IMG/VR virus record: IMGVR_UViG_3300048035_000135
Span: 1-64,000 of that record
Origin: a virus
Length of the DNA stretch: 64,000 nt
Reading direction: 5' to 3' (one strand)
In this document: in pieces, positions 36,989-46,019 of the stretch
How positions within the stretch are numbered: the first letter of the stretch is position 1
Layout of the letters: the number at the start of each line of letters is the position of its first letter
Made by a program: the position numbers and the translations under genes
The notes under the pieces: model-generated
Told to the model about the DNA's origin: nothing
Databases searched by the model: none
Seen by the model: the letters and a program-made list of their open reading frames with translations, nothing else

Positions 36989-38557
36989 TTATAGTAACCA
37001 ACTTATATCCTCATCACCTCTACCAGTATTAATCTTCCAAGCATCTTTTGCTTTAGATTGATTTGTTTTAAAAACACCCTGCTTAGATGTTAAGGATAAT
37101 GCTCTTTTATTTAATTCGATTCCCTGCTGTCTTAATTTAAGTGCCGTATCTCTTACCCAAAGTCCTGTTGAAAATGATAATACTAAATCATCATTATAAC
37201 CTTGTTGAGCTTCAGCTCTATTACCATTCCATATAAAAACAAAAAGTTCATCAATCAATCGTTTAGAACGAACAATCGGAACTCTTTCTCTCATATAAGT
37301 ATCTAACTTTGAGATAACTAATGGACGTGTTCTACTTGTCATTGAAAAACCAGGTACCATTTGTGATTTATCTTTTAAATCATATGCTTTTTGTAAATGA
37401 ATATCTTCATCTACATATCCAAACTCTTTGTATGAATAATATAAGTTTTTGTAATTTCTATCTATTGCTTCTTGGATTACTGCCCAACCAATATTTGCGT
37501 TCTCAATCACTAATAGAGCATCGTTCCATTCAGTTGCAACATTTACTAACATATTACCATAATCTTTAGTACCTATCTTACCTTTATATTCTGCTACTTG
37601 CTCTACACTTTCTACATCAAATACGTGAAACGCTGAATAATCTGCACCATCACCTCTCGCAACATCGGCAACCACTACATAATCTTTTGTATAGTTTGGT
37701 TGTGACCATAACCAATAATTACCATCGTATCCTCGTTTCTCTACTGGGTCTTGAACATGGGTTTCTTCATACCATTGTAGAAGTTGTCCATCTACGACTG
37801 TGTAACCAGATGAAATAAAATCACAATCACATTCTTGTGCTGCCATCTTCTCACCTAAGAGTTGAGTTTGTTCTGCTCTCCACTTATCATTTCTTTCAGG
37901 ATGTACAGTCCAATGAAGTTTGATTGGATTCCATCCATCACCCTCTTCACCTTTAATCCAAGTTTTATGAAAGAAGTTACCAACACCATTTGGAGTTGAT
38001 AATACGATTGCCTTTCCACCAGTTGATAATGTAGATTGAGCTGATGCCCATATCTCATCAATACCTTTAATAAATGCACCCTCATCTATAATCAACATTG
38101 ATAATGCTTCAGAACGACCTGCATCACCACTAGCTGATGTTGCTTTGATTGTTGAACCATTTCGTAATCGTAAGGATAGTTTGTTATCTTCTTCAGTATC
38201 ACCCCTTAACCAACTCGGTAAGTTTTCATGCATATACCTAACCTTAGTAACTAAGTTTTTAGCTACCTCTTGCTTAGTTGCGATTACCAATATATTTTTA
38301 TCATCGTGGAATAACATCATCCATAAAGAATAACCAGCGGATAATGTTGAGATACCTAATTGACGGGATTTAAGAATTACATTATATCTATGTTTATCTA
38401 ACTCACCCATTACATCTTCTTGAAATGGATACAAATCAAAAAGTATCTTACCTCTCTTTGGGTGTTGAATGTAACAATACTTTTTAAAAAAGTAAACTGG
38501 GTTTTTAGCACATTTAACGTACTCTTCCCTAATAAGTTCTTTTATGTTTTTGCTCAT
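36989..38557 (-). CDS. Terminase large subunit (T4 gp17-like)
   Basis: KSRQLGIST Walker A, LIIDE Walker B, STPNG, ADVARGDGADYS, NDDLV. Likely start MSKNIK at 38557 (ATGA overlap). Confidence 0.95.
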   Translation of the reverse strand: MSKNIKELIREEYVKCAKNPVYFFKKYCYIQHPKRGKILFDLYPFQEDVMGELDKHRYNVILKSRQLGISTLSAGYSLWMMLFHDDKNILVIATKQEVAKNLVTKVRYMHENLPSWLRGDTEEDNKLSLRLRNGSTIKATSASGDAGRSEALSMLIIDEGAFIKGIDEIWASAQSTLSTGGKAIVLSTPNGVGNFFHKTWIKGEEGDGWNPIKLHWTVHPERNDKWRAEQTQLLGEKMAAQECDCDFISSGYTVVDGQLLQWYEETHVQDPVEKRGYDGNYWLWSQPNYTKDYVVVADVARGDGADYSAFHVFDVESVEQVAEYKGKIGTKDYGNMLVNVATEWNDALLVIENANIGWAVIQEAIDRNYKNLYYSYKEFGYVDEDIHLQKAYDLKDKSQMVPGFSMTSRTRPLVISKLDTYMRERVPIVRSKRLIDELFVFIWNGNRAEAQQGYNDDLVLSFSTGLWVRDTALKLRQQGIELNKRALSLTSKQGVFKTNQSKAKDAWKINTGRGDEDISWLL

Positions 38558-39153
38558 TTCTTTCCCAATTTCCAAAGAAACTGAGTTGATATGATTGGTT
38601 GAAATTGGTCGTTTAATCCAATACCTAATCCAAACGCCTGCTTCTTTCTCGTTCTGTATAATATAGAACCACCAACATAGTTAAATTGTTTTGATGTTCC
38701 ATTTAATCCGAATCCTACATAGAATTCTCTTGGATTTATGTATTCAGTTTGAGTTACAGTAGTTGTAGGTATTATAAGTTCTGATTCAACTAACCTATTG
38801 AAGAGTGTGTTTTTCCATATTGTATCTGTGATGGTTACGAAACCTAATGAATCTAATTCAATCTTATCAACAAACACATTTTTAGCGTAATAATCTTTTA
38901 GAACTTCTAAAGTATCAATTGGAGTATTTACTAAAATAGAATCAACTTGTGTAACTATTTTTGTTTTCCATTTAGGAACATAAACTTTCTTGTCTATGGT
39001 AATTGTATCGTATTTCGTTTCTACCTTTGTAACAATAGTAGGCTCGGATGGGGTAATTTCTCCCCCATCTCCACTACATTGTCTAAGTAATAATATTACA
39101 ATTATTAAAACTAAGATTATTAGATTTCTAATATCTCCGAAATACTTTTTCAT
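38554..39153 (-). CDS. Membrane-anchored protein, possible spanin-like lysis protein
   Basis: N-terminal TM helix ending LLRQC, DT-rich linker, C-terminal amphipathic beta-strands. Confidence 0.45.
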   Translation of the reverse strand: MKKYFGDIRNLIILVLIIVILLLRQCSGDGGEITPSEPTIVTKVETKYDTITIDKKVYVPKWKTKIVTQVDSILVNTPIDTLEVLKDYYAKNVFVDKIELDSLGFVTITDTIWKNTLFNRLVESELIIPTTTVTQTEYINPREFYVGFGLNGTSKQFNYVGGSILYRTRKKQAFGLGIGLNDQFQPIISTQFLWKLGKK

Positions 39154-39161
39154 CGGCCACC

Positions 39162-39488
39162 TTATTTTTTAGTAGCTGATTTTCTTTTTGAAGGTTTTCT
39201 ACCTTTTCTGTTTCCACCTTTTGCAGCTTCAACAACATCTTTAGATTGTTTAGCTAAGTTTTTACCAGCAGCTTTAACGTCTTTGAGTTCTTCTTTAACT
39301 CTTTTAACTCTACGCTTAACTTCTGATTTTACTTCAGCTACATCTTCTTTGATATCTTCTACAGTATCTTCTACTACATCAGGAATAAAATCTCCATCTT
39401 TATCTTTGATTTTTCCTGTATATAATAATACTACATATGTTGCTACTGCAACTCCGATAACTAATGCTATGATTAATAATGTACTCAT
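39162..39488 (-). CDS. Small membrane protein
   Basis: N-terminal TM helix, DKDGDFIPD motif, coiled coil, basic tail; late motif at 39521-39528. Confidence 0.6.
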   Translation of the reverse strand: MSTLLIIALVIGVAVATYVVLLYTGKIKDKDGDFIPDVVEDTVEDIKEDVAEVKSEVKRRVKRVKEELKDVKAAGKNLAKQSKDVVEAAKGGNRKGRKPSKRKSATKK

Positions 39489-39553
39489 AATTTGCCTTTT
39501 TAAAATTAAACTTCTTATACTATAAATATGGTAATATATTTAATAAAACTATT

Positions 39554-41641
39554 TTACCAAGTTCTACACGCCCAATATCTTGCTTTCCACTTAGGGCCTG
39601 GATTATCACAATTCATTCTATCTCTAAATGCTTTTCTTCGAGCTGGGTCTGATTTTTTAATTCTCATTGTTTTCTCACCACCCTTGCCTTTGTGACCAAA
39701 GTTTACTTTCACTACATTACCTTTATCATTGTTAACATAAACTTTAAACTTCTTTACATCACCTTGCATAATTTTATTGAGTTCTACTTTTCTTCCTTGA
39801 TATTCTGCTTCGTTGATTGATTCGTGCATATCTTCGATAGTGGCTGCCATATCACCAATAGCCATAGTTACGTTTCCGTTTCTTTGGTATAGATAATACT
39901 TAACACCTTTTGGATTCTCTGGATTTTGTAGAATGATTCTTTCTACTTTTTGTTTACCAACTAAAGTTTTTCCTTTGGATACTACAAATTCCTTTTCAAC
40001 TCCACCTCTCATTGATGAACCATACTTAATCGTAATCTTATCACCTTTTTTGAGTTTATCGTAAACCTTTAATCTTTTTTTCATATCCATAGATTTGGCT
40101 TCGGTAAACAATGTTTCACCACTTTTTGATTCAACACTAATTTTTGCGTTTGGATATTTCTTTTGTAGAATCATAAATATAGCTGGAACTAATTGTGGAG
40201 TTTTTACTAACTCTTGATAAACCACCTTACCTTTTTCAGAAACCACTATAGTTGCTGGGTAGCTACCTTTTTTAGCTGCTTTATGAATCTCACCTCTAGT
40301 AGCTTCATCGATTGCTTTTGGATATGGAGTATTTTTAGCTAACTTCAAAAGAGCTTGTAAATCTGATGATTTATTTCTATTGTACTTATCTGCGTTCTTT
40401 TTATTTTTGAAGATAGCTGATACTTTCTTTCCGTTATCATCAATCATAATAATGATACCTTTTTTACCAAAGTGTCTTTCATCAGTTACAGATAATCCTT
40501 CTTCAACTTTCTCACCTGCTTTTAATGGTGCCATATCTTTATACATATTGTACAACCAATCCATAAAATCAGGAGTATTTTGGAATACTTTTCTATAATG
40601 TTTTTTGAATTTCTTTTTGAAATCTTCAAAATCTTTAGATGCATCAGCTAACAAATGAATGTTAGACATTACACCTTCTTCAATAGATTCTTTTGTAGTT
40701 CTCCATCCACCACCTGCTGCTTTGTATTGTTTAGCAGCCCAAGCATTAGCGTAAGCCGATGGATATACATCGAACTTTTGTTTAGCTTGTGATTTATAGT
40801 AAGACCATTTAGATGGATTTGTAGGAACATTCTTTTCTGTAAGTTCGATTACTCTTTCTTCTAACTTTTTACCTTCAACAGTTTTGGTAATTATATCAAC
40901 ATGCCCTTGAATATAGTGATGTTCTTTTTCCAATCCCATCATCTTTGCCATTTTCATAATGTTTTTTTGTAGATTCTTAGCTACCATTATGTAATCTTTT
41001 TCAGGTTTGTAACCATCTCTCTGAATATGTTCTTCTACAAAGAAAAGTACATCATGTAATCTTGCACTTCTTTCAGCCATATCCATATCAACACCTTTAG
41101 ATTCTATATCCATATATAGAGATGATGCGCCAGGACAAACGTGAAAGTATTTTGTGTGATAATTACCGATTCTAAAATCTTCTTTATCATTCTCATCTTC
41201 ATTTTGGCCACTCATAGTTTCGTATTCATATGAATGAGTTACTTCATTGATGAATTTATTTACAAACATTCTAATGTTTTCATTCATACCTTCTTTTAGT
41301 GAAGTAATTTTAGCACCTACAGGTCCACCAATAAACATCGATGCCCAATATGAAATAGCATCTATAATTTCATACCCATCCCATTTAGCTGCTTTAGCGA
41401 TTGGAACTCCGTGATTCATTTCTATTGAATCTTCCCATTCTCTTTTACCAGCGTGCTTAGCTTTATTCGCTTTAGGAAACATATTTGCTACTCTCTGAGA
41501 TTCAGAATGAAAGTTAGCATCTGTTAATGCACCTATTAGGATATGTTTTAATGCATGGTGTACTTCCGGCTCTGAACCTTTGTACCCTTTGAAGTATGCA
41601 TCTAAATCTTTTTTGACTTTTTTATTTAATCTGGTATTCAT
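39554..41641 (-). CDS. Multi-module hypothetical protein (putative internal head polyprotein)
   Basis: Modules separated by LKEG, INEV, LTEK, IEEG, VEEG, IDEA, FTEA and INEA. Includes YPSAYANAW...GGGW and NFG...RRKAFRDRMNC...ARYWAC modules. Confidence 0.6.
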   Translation of the reverse strand: MNTRLNKKVKKDLDAYFKGYKGSEPEVHHALKHILIGALTDANFHSESQRVANMFPKANKAKHAGKREWEDSIEMNHGVPIAKAAKWDGYEIIDAISYWASMFIGGPVGAKITSLKEGMNENIRMFVNKFINEVTHSYEYETMSGQNEDENDKEDFRIGNYHTKYFHVCPGASSLYMDIESKGVDMDMAERSARLHDVLFFVEEHIQRDGYKPEKDYIMVAKNLQKNIMKMAKMMGLEKEHHYIQGHVDIITKTVEGKKLEERVIELTEKNVPTNPSKWSYYKSQAKQKFDVYPSAYANAWAAKQYKAAGGGWRTTKESIEEGVMSNIHLLADASKDFEDFKKKFKKHYRKVFQNTPDFMDWLYNMYKDMAPLKAGEKVEEGLSVTDERHFGKKGIIIMIDDNGKKVSAIFKNKKNADKYNRNKSSDLQALLKLAKNTPYPKAIDEATRGEIHKAAKKGSYPATIVVSEKGKVVYQELVKTPQLVPAIFMILQKKYPNAKISVESKSGETLFTEAKSMDMKKRLKVYDKLKKGDKITIKYGSSMRGGVEKEFVVSKGKTLVGKQKVERIILQNPENPKGVKYYLYQRNGNVTMAIGDMAATIEDMHESINEAEYQGRKVELNKIMQGDVKKFKVYVNNDKGNVVKVNFGHKGKGGEKTMRIKKSDPARRKAFRDRMNCDNPGPKWKARYWACRTW

Positions 41642-41643
41642 TA

Positions 41644-42069
41644 TTATGCCCCTGTCTTACTATTAGTAGGTGATTTACCTTTGGTTCTATTTCCACCTTT
41701 TTTAGTATCACCTGCTTTCTTTTGGTCTGCTCGTTTTCTTCTTACAAATGCGGCTCTACCTTTCGGCCCTAACTTATTGGCTTTCTCTTTTGATAAACAA
41801 GCTGCATATGCATCACCTTTTTTACCATCACCACACTTACCTAACTTCTGGCCATCACTTCCGTATCTATCCCAGCCACCGCCATCGGTAGAACCTGTCT
41901 TACCTTTACCTAACCACTTTCTTAAATCTTCGTTCATAAGATTTTCTGTACAAAGATGTTCGTATAAATCAGACAAAGCAAATTCAACACATAATGTTGA
42001 ATCTGTTCCATTCGATGAATATGAATCAAATGATTCTTTTAAGAATTCTTTAATTTGATGTTTGTTCAT
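41644..42069 (-). CDS. Hypothetical basic protein
   Basis: MNEDLRKW...GGGW...KCG...ACL module following an xxE linker. Confidence 0.6.
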   Translation of the reverse strand: MNKHQIKEFLKESFDSYSSNGTDSTLCVEFALSDLYEHLCTENLMNEDLRKWLGKGKTGSTDGGGWDRYGSDGQKLGKCGDGKKGDAYAACLSKEKANKLGPKGRAAFVRRKRADQKKAGDTKKGGNRTKGKSPTNSKTGA

Positions 42070-42649
42070 TTTTAAGTTTTCCTATAAAGTTGTTTCTAAA
42101 GGTTTCAAAATCTTTATCAATTTTTTCTACCAACTCTTCTTCAGTCATACCTTCGGCCCATTCTTCAACAGAACCATCTTCATTTATGAATGAAGCTTTT
42201 AGAGTTGTTTTTAAAACTTCTTTTTCTAACTCAGCTTGTTTTAACCAAGCCTCAGCGTTAGCTAATAATTTCTTTCTTTCATATTCCTCATACTTACCTT
42301 CTAACTTTAATTTGTGTTCCATTTCTATAACACAATTTAAACACATACCATGTATAGCTTTCATTTTTAAATCAGCTGTACCTGGTTCGGTACAATTACA
42401 AGAACTATTTTCTTTGTTGCAGTTTGGAAAATCTTTTAATTCTTCTCTGAGTTTAGAAAGTTTTCCAACTTTAACTTTGTAACCTTTTCGTTGTTCCCAC
42501 TTTTGACCTTTATCATCAGTCCAAGTTTCCCCAACATCTCTTCTTTCTATAACCTTATCAGTAAATGAGATTGTTTTTTTTGTTTGGGTTTTATGCTTCC
42601 CATCCAACATCTCTTTTACTGCTTTTACATTCTTTAACTTATTTGACAT
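42050..42649 (-). CDS. Hypothetical protein with a Cys-rich possible Zn site
   Basis: CNKENSSCNC...HGMCLNC; late motif at 42663-42670. Confidence 0.65.
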   Translation of the reverse strand: MSNKLKNVKAVKEMLDGKHKTQTKKTISFTDKVIERRDVGETWTDDKGQKWEQRKGYKVKVGKLSKLREELKDFPNCNKENSSCNCTEPGTADLKMKAIHGMCLNCVIEMEHKLKLEGKYEEYERKKLLANAEAWLKQAELEKEVLKTTLKASFINEDGSVEEWAEGMTEEELVEKIDKDFETFRNNFIGKLKNEQTSN

Positions 42650-42681
42650 AACTTTGTTTTTATATAAATATGGAAATTAAT

Positions 42682-45006
42682 TTAAAAATACATTAATCCT
42701 AATATTTGATTCAATGATGCAAAAGTACCAGTTAGTTTATATGTTCCACCTTTATATGTAAACACAATTCCTTCATTTGGTACAATCTTATCTTTACCAC
42801 CTACTGCGGCTAATCTTTCCAATTCCATTCTTAGTTTTTCAATCTTTTTAACATCACCACTTTTCTGAACTGCTTTCACAGTTTTATCTAATTCAGATTT
42901 CATAGTTCTAAGCGCTTCATCAGGATTAACTGTTAATGCTGAACTCATAAATGAAAGTACATCTGCGCCAACACCTAAGAATATATCTTCAAACTTTCTA
43001 AGGTTTTGTTTAGATATCTTTGCTTTATCTTGCTTATCTGTTTTAGTTGCCCACGCTAATACTTTAGAATCTGAAATATTCTTTTTATTCAATCTGAATG
43101 AGTTATCAAAGAATGCCCATCTTTTAACTAATCCCATTTTGGTTTTGTTATCTAATGTAGATGGTGAATTTTTATCAACATATTGTTCCCACCATGCTTG
43201 ATGATAATCAGCAACACCATTAGAATCTTTTAGTTTAAATTCTTTTTGGATTTTGTTTAGTTCTGAATAGTATTTACCTTGCTTCTTTGAAAGTTCTTCC
43301 GATTGTGGTAACTTAACTACAGGTGGTCCTTGGATTGTATAATTTTTTTGAACATCTTGATTGATTTGTTTTATCATACCAGCTAAAATTTTAGCCGCTG
43401 ATGTATCAGCTCCAATTGCTTTCCCATCCATATTATATTGCATTGTTCCGTGGAATACTAATAAAGGTTGTCCGTAAGGAATTACATTTACTGATGTTGG
43501 GAATATAACTTCTATATTCATAAAGGATGAACCTTGATTGAATATTTTATCTCTTTGTGCTTTTGATAATGATTTGATTGCTTTGGATAAATCTTCCATA
43601 GCAAAATTGTATGCATCTGTTAGTCCACCTCTACCTTGAAACTTAGATGCTACTCCACTAATATCCAATGCGTTTTCACCACTATTCTTCAGATGACCAC
43701 CATTACGAGCAGCGATTAAACCTTTATCATCTCTCCAACTAATAGCAAGTGCTTGTCCATCTGTTTTTTCTCTAGCGAATTCTAACTTACCATTTAATGC
43801 GTTTGATATAATTGTTTTTAAATCACCAAATGTTAGATTCATTTGTGTATCGAATGGGTGAGCCATATGTCCATATGCCCCACCTTCGGTAATCAATCCT
43901 TCGTGAATCTGAGTTTGTTCATCATCGCCATCTTTTAATCTTTGTTTTGGTGATGGTGCTTTTACTGGTGCATCTTTTGTATCATCGATAGATTCTTCTG
44001 CACCTAAGAAATCAATTAACTTATATCCAACAGATGTAGCTACACCTTTGATTTTATCAACCCAACTTTTGTATGCTTTAGTACCTCTTAAATCAATGTA
44101 TCTTTGGGATGCCGCATCTAACCCATCAATACCAGATGGAAAGTATGATACTGGATATTTATCATCAATACTTCTTGCATCATCTGCATATATAGAATCT
44201 TCATCAGTATCTAATATATAATCAACTACCATCCAACCCAATCTTCTTGCGGTTTCATCACCAACGGCTTTATATGATTTAGAATTACCATATGAAAATC
44301 CTGGCCCATCATCAACACCTTGTGAGTTACCACCAATTCCAACTTTAGTTGAACTTGATTCAGATATTAACTTATTAAAATCAAATGTAGATAAAAATCT
44401 TTCCATTGTGATTTCAATCTTACCTAATCTATTTGTTAAGAACTTATATATCTTTGGGTCGAACTTACCATAAGCTCTTTTGAATCCTGCTTTTCTGATT
44501 TCATCATCGCCTGATGATAGTGATTTCCTAACTTCAGTTCCACTAATACCTTCACCTTGCGCTGGTGCTACATAAACATATCCCTTTTCTTCATATCCTT
44601 TTTCAATTTTATCAGGATGATATGGTTCAAAGTATTTACCTTTTAATCTATATCTATCTTTTTCACCAACAACAGTAACAAATGCCGTTTTATCTTTATC
44701 GAACTTACCTATAATTTCTTTTGGGGCGTATGGGTTTTTGATTTGAACAATCTTAGATGCTGGAACTCCAAACATCTTTATCATTACCATTTTCTTTTCT
44801 TTAAACTTAAATGGTGATTTAATATTATCTGTTTTATTAGATGTACCAATATAAACATTATCTCTACCAAATTGTTTTACCAAATGGTCGTAAGTTAAAT
44901 AATGTCCTTTATGAAACGGTTGAAATCTACCAGCGTAAACTACTACCTTTTTTTCTATTCCTTCAGTTAAGATTCCCTTAACCCATTCTTTAATTAATTT
45001 TCCCAT
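42682..45006 (-). CDS. HxGH (cytidylyltransferase/NMNAT-like) domain fused to a ligase-like nucleotidyltransferase domain
   Basis: N-terminal GRFQPFHKGH and ISGTEVRK; C-terminal EKTDG, AARN, NIEVI, LVFH, EGIVF, YKLTG. Confidence 0.7.
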   Translation of the reverse strand: MGKLIKEWVKGILTEGIEKKVVVYAGRFQPFHKGHYLTYDHLVKQFGRDNVYIGTSNKTDNIKSPFKFKEKKMVMIKMFGVPASKIVQIKNPYAPKEIIGKFDKDKTAFVTVVGEKDRYRLKGKYFEPYHPDKIEKGYEEKGYVYVAPAQGEGISGTEVRKSLSSGDDEIRKAGFKRAYGKFDPKIYKFLTNRLGKIEITMERFLSTFDFNKLISESSSTKVGIGGNSQGVDDGPGFSYGNSKSYKAVGDETARRLGWMVVDYILDTDEDSIYADDARSIDDKYPVSYFPSGIDGLDAASQRYIDLRGTKAYKSWVDKIKGVATSVGYKLIDFLGAEESIDDTKDAPVKAPSPKQRLKDGDDEQTQIHEGLITEGGAYGHMAHPFDTQMNLTFGDLKTIISNALNGKLEFAREKTDGQALAISWRDDKGLIAARNGGHLKNSGENALDISGVASKFQGRGGLTDAYNFAMEDLSKAIKSLSKAQRDKIFNQGSSFMNIEVIFPTSVNVIPYGQPLLVFHGTMQYNMDGKAIGADTSAAKILAGMIKQINQDVQKNYTIQGPPVVKLPQSEELSKKQGKYYSELNKIQKEFKLKDSNGVADYHQAWWEQYVDKNSPSTLDNKTKMGLVKRWAFFDNSFRLNKKNISDSKVLAWATKTDKQDKAKISKQNLRKFEDIFLGVGADVLSFMSSALTVNPDEALRTMKSELDKTVKAVQKSGDVKKIEKLRMELERLAAVGGKDKIVPNEGIVFTYKGGTYKLTGTFASLNQILGLMYF

Positions 45007-45042
45007 AGTAATAAATATCCCATTTTAAATTTAAAACCCAAT

Positions 45043-45405
45043 TTATGGTTTTGGATTAGAATCTTTTACATTTTTTATAGTAGTAAACCAATTTCCAGAT
45101 GTTGATAACGAACCTGATTCGTTAAGTTCGTGAAATATCATATCAAATTGTTCACGCATTGATGGATAACTCACTCTTCTATTTTCAATAGAATTAGATT
45201 GGCTTGTTATTAATGCTGCTTCTGCTAAATTACTATCTGAATTTAATTGTTCATCTGTTGGTTGTGGAATTCCATTTACATTCCAATAAGTTATAAATAT
45301 ATTCGTACCATCACTTTCCATTGTAAGATTTGAATCATCACCAGTATCTAATGAACCACTCCCATTTAACTTTAGATAAGCTTTTACTTTTTTATTAAAA
45401 TCCAT
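45043..45405 (-). CDS. XkdW-like/fibre assembly protein
   Basis: FITYWN...PQPTDEQL and RRVSYPSMREQFDMIFH...VKDSNPKP. ATG start MDFNK at 45405. Confidence 0.6.
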   Translation of the reverse strand: MDFNKKVKAYLKLNGSGSLDTGDDSNLTMESDGTNIFITYWNVNGIPQPTDEQLNSDSNLAEAALITSQSNSIENRRVSYPSMREQFDMIFHELNESGSLSTSGNWFTTIKNVKDSNPKP

Positions 45406-45420
45406 AATATTTTTCTCCAA

Positions 45421-45996
45421 TTAGTTATTTAGTGTATAATGTAATGCATCGAACTCTGAATAATCACCAGGACCTACATAGAATCCTTCAAAAGAAGACC
45501 ATCCCGCACTAGCGTACATAGCTACATTCCCATCACGTGATTTTAAGTAAACTTCAACAAATTCCCCTTCTTTCAGTCTAACTAATTGTGAATGTCTCAA
45601 TGTATGATATTTTGCAGTACCATCCATATCAGCTGCAGTATATAATCTTTGTGGATAAGTAATAGTTTCTCCATTCTTACGGAAAACACAATCAAATCTT
45701 TTTTGGTCTAAATTAGCATTTGCAAACATTATTAGAGTTTGGCAATAATAAACTCCACCTAATCCAATTCGGAATCTTTTATTACTTGTATCAATTCCCA
45801 TATATCCAGAATAACCATTTCCTTCTTCCCATCCATAGCTAGTTGAACTAAAATCAACTTTCGTCCAAGTTTCATCGTTGAATGTTTGTGCACCACTACT
45901 TTTTGTCATTCTCCAACTAGGTGGAATACCAGTGATATCAACGTTATAACTAGTATGAGTATCATCTAATGGGTTTGTATATCTTCCTCTTGCCAT
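45421..45996 (-). CDS. C1q/TNF-like beta-sandwich fibre tip protein
   Basis: WTKVDF...F....GVYY...LVRLKEGEFVEVY...FEGF pattern. Confidence 0.6.
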   Translation of the reverse strand: MARGRYTNPLDDTHTSYNVDITGIPPSWRMTKSSGAQTFNDETWTKVDFSSTSYGWEEGNGYSGYMGIDTSNKRFRIGLGGVYYCQTLIMFANANLDQKRFDCVFRKNGETITYPQRLYTAADMDGTAKYHTLRHSQLVRLKEGEFVEVYLKSRDGNVAMYASAGWSSFEGFYVGPGDYSEFDALHYTLNN

Positions 45997-46019
45997 ATTA
46001 TTTTCCTTTTTTATTAATT

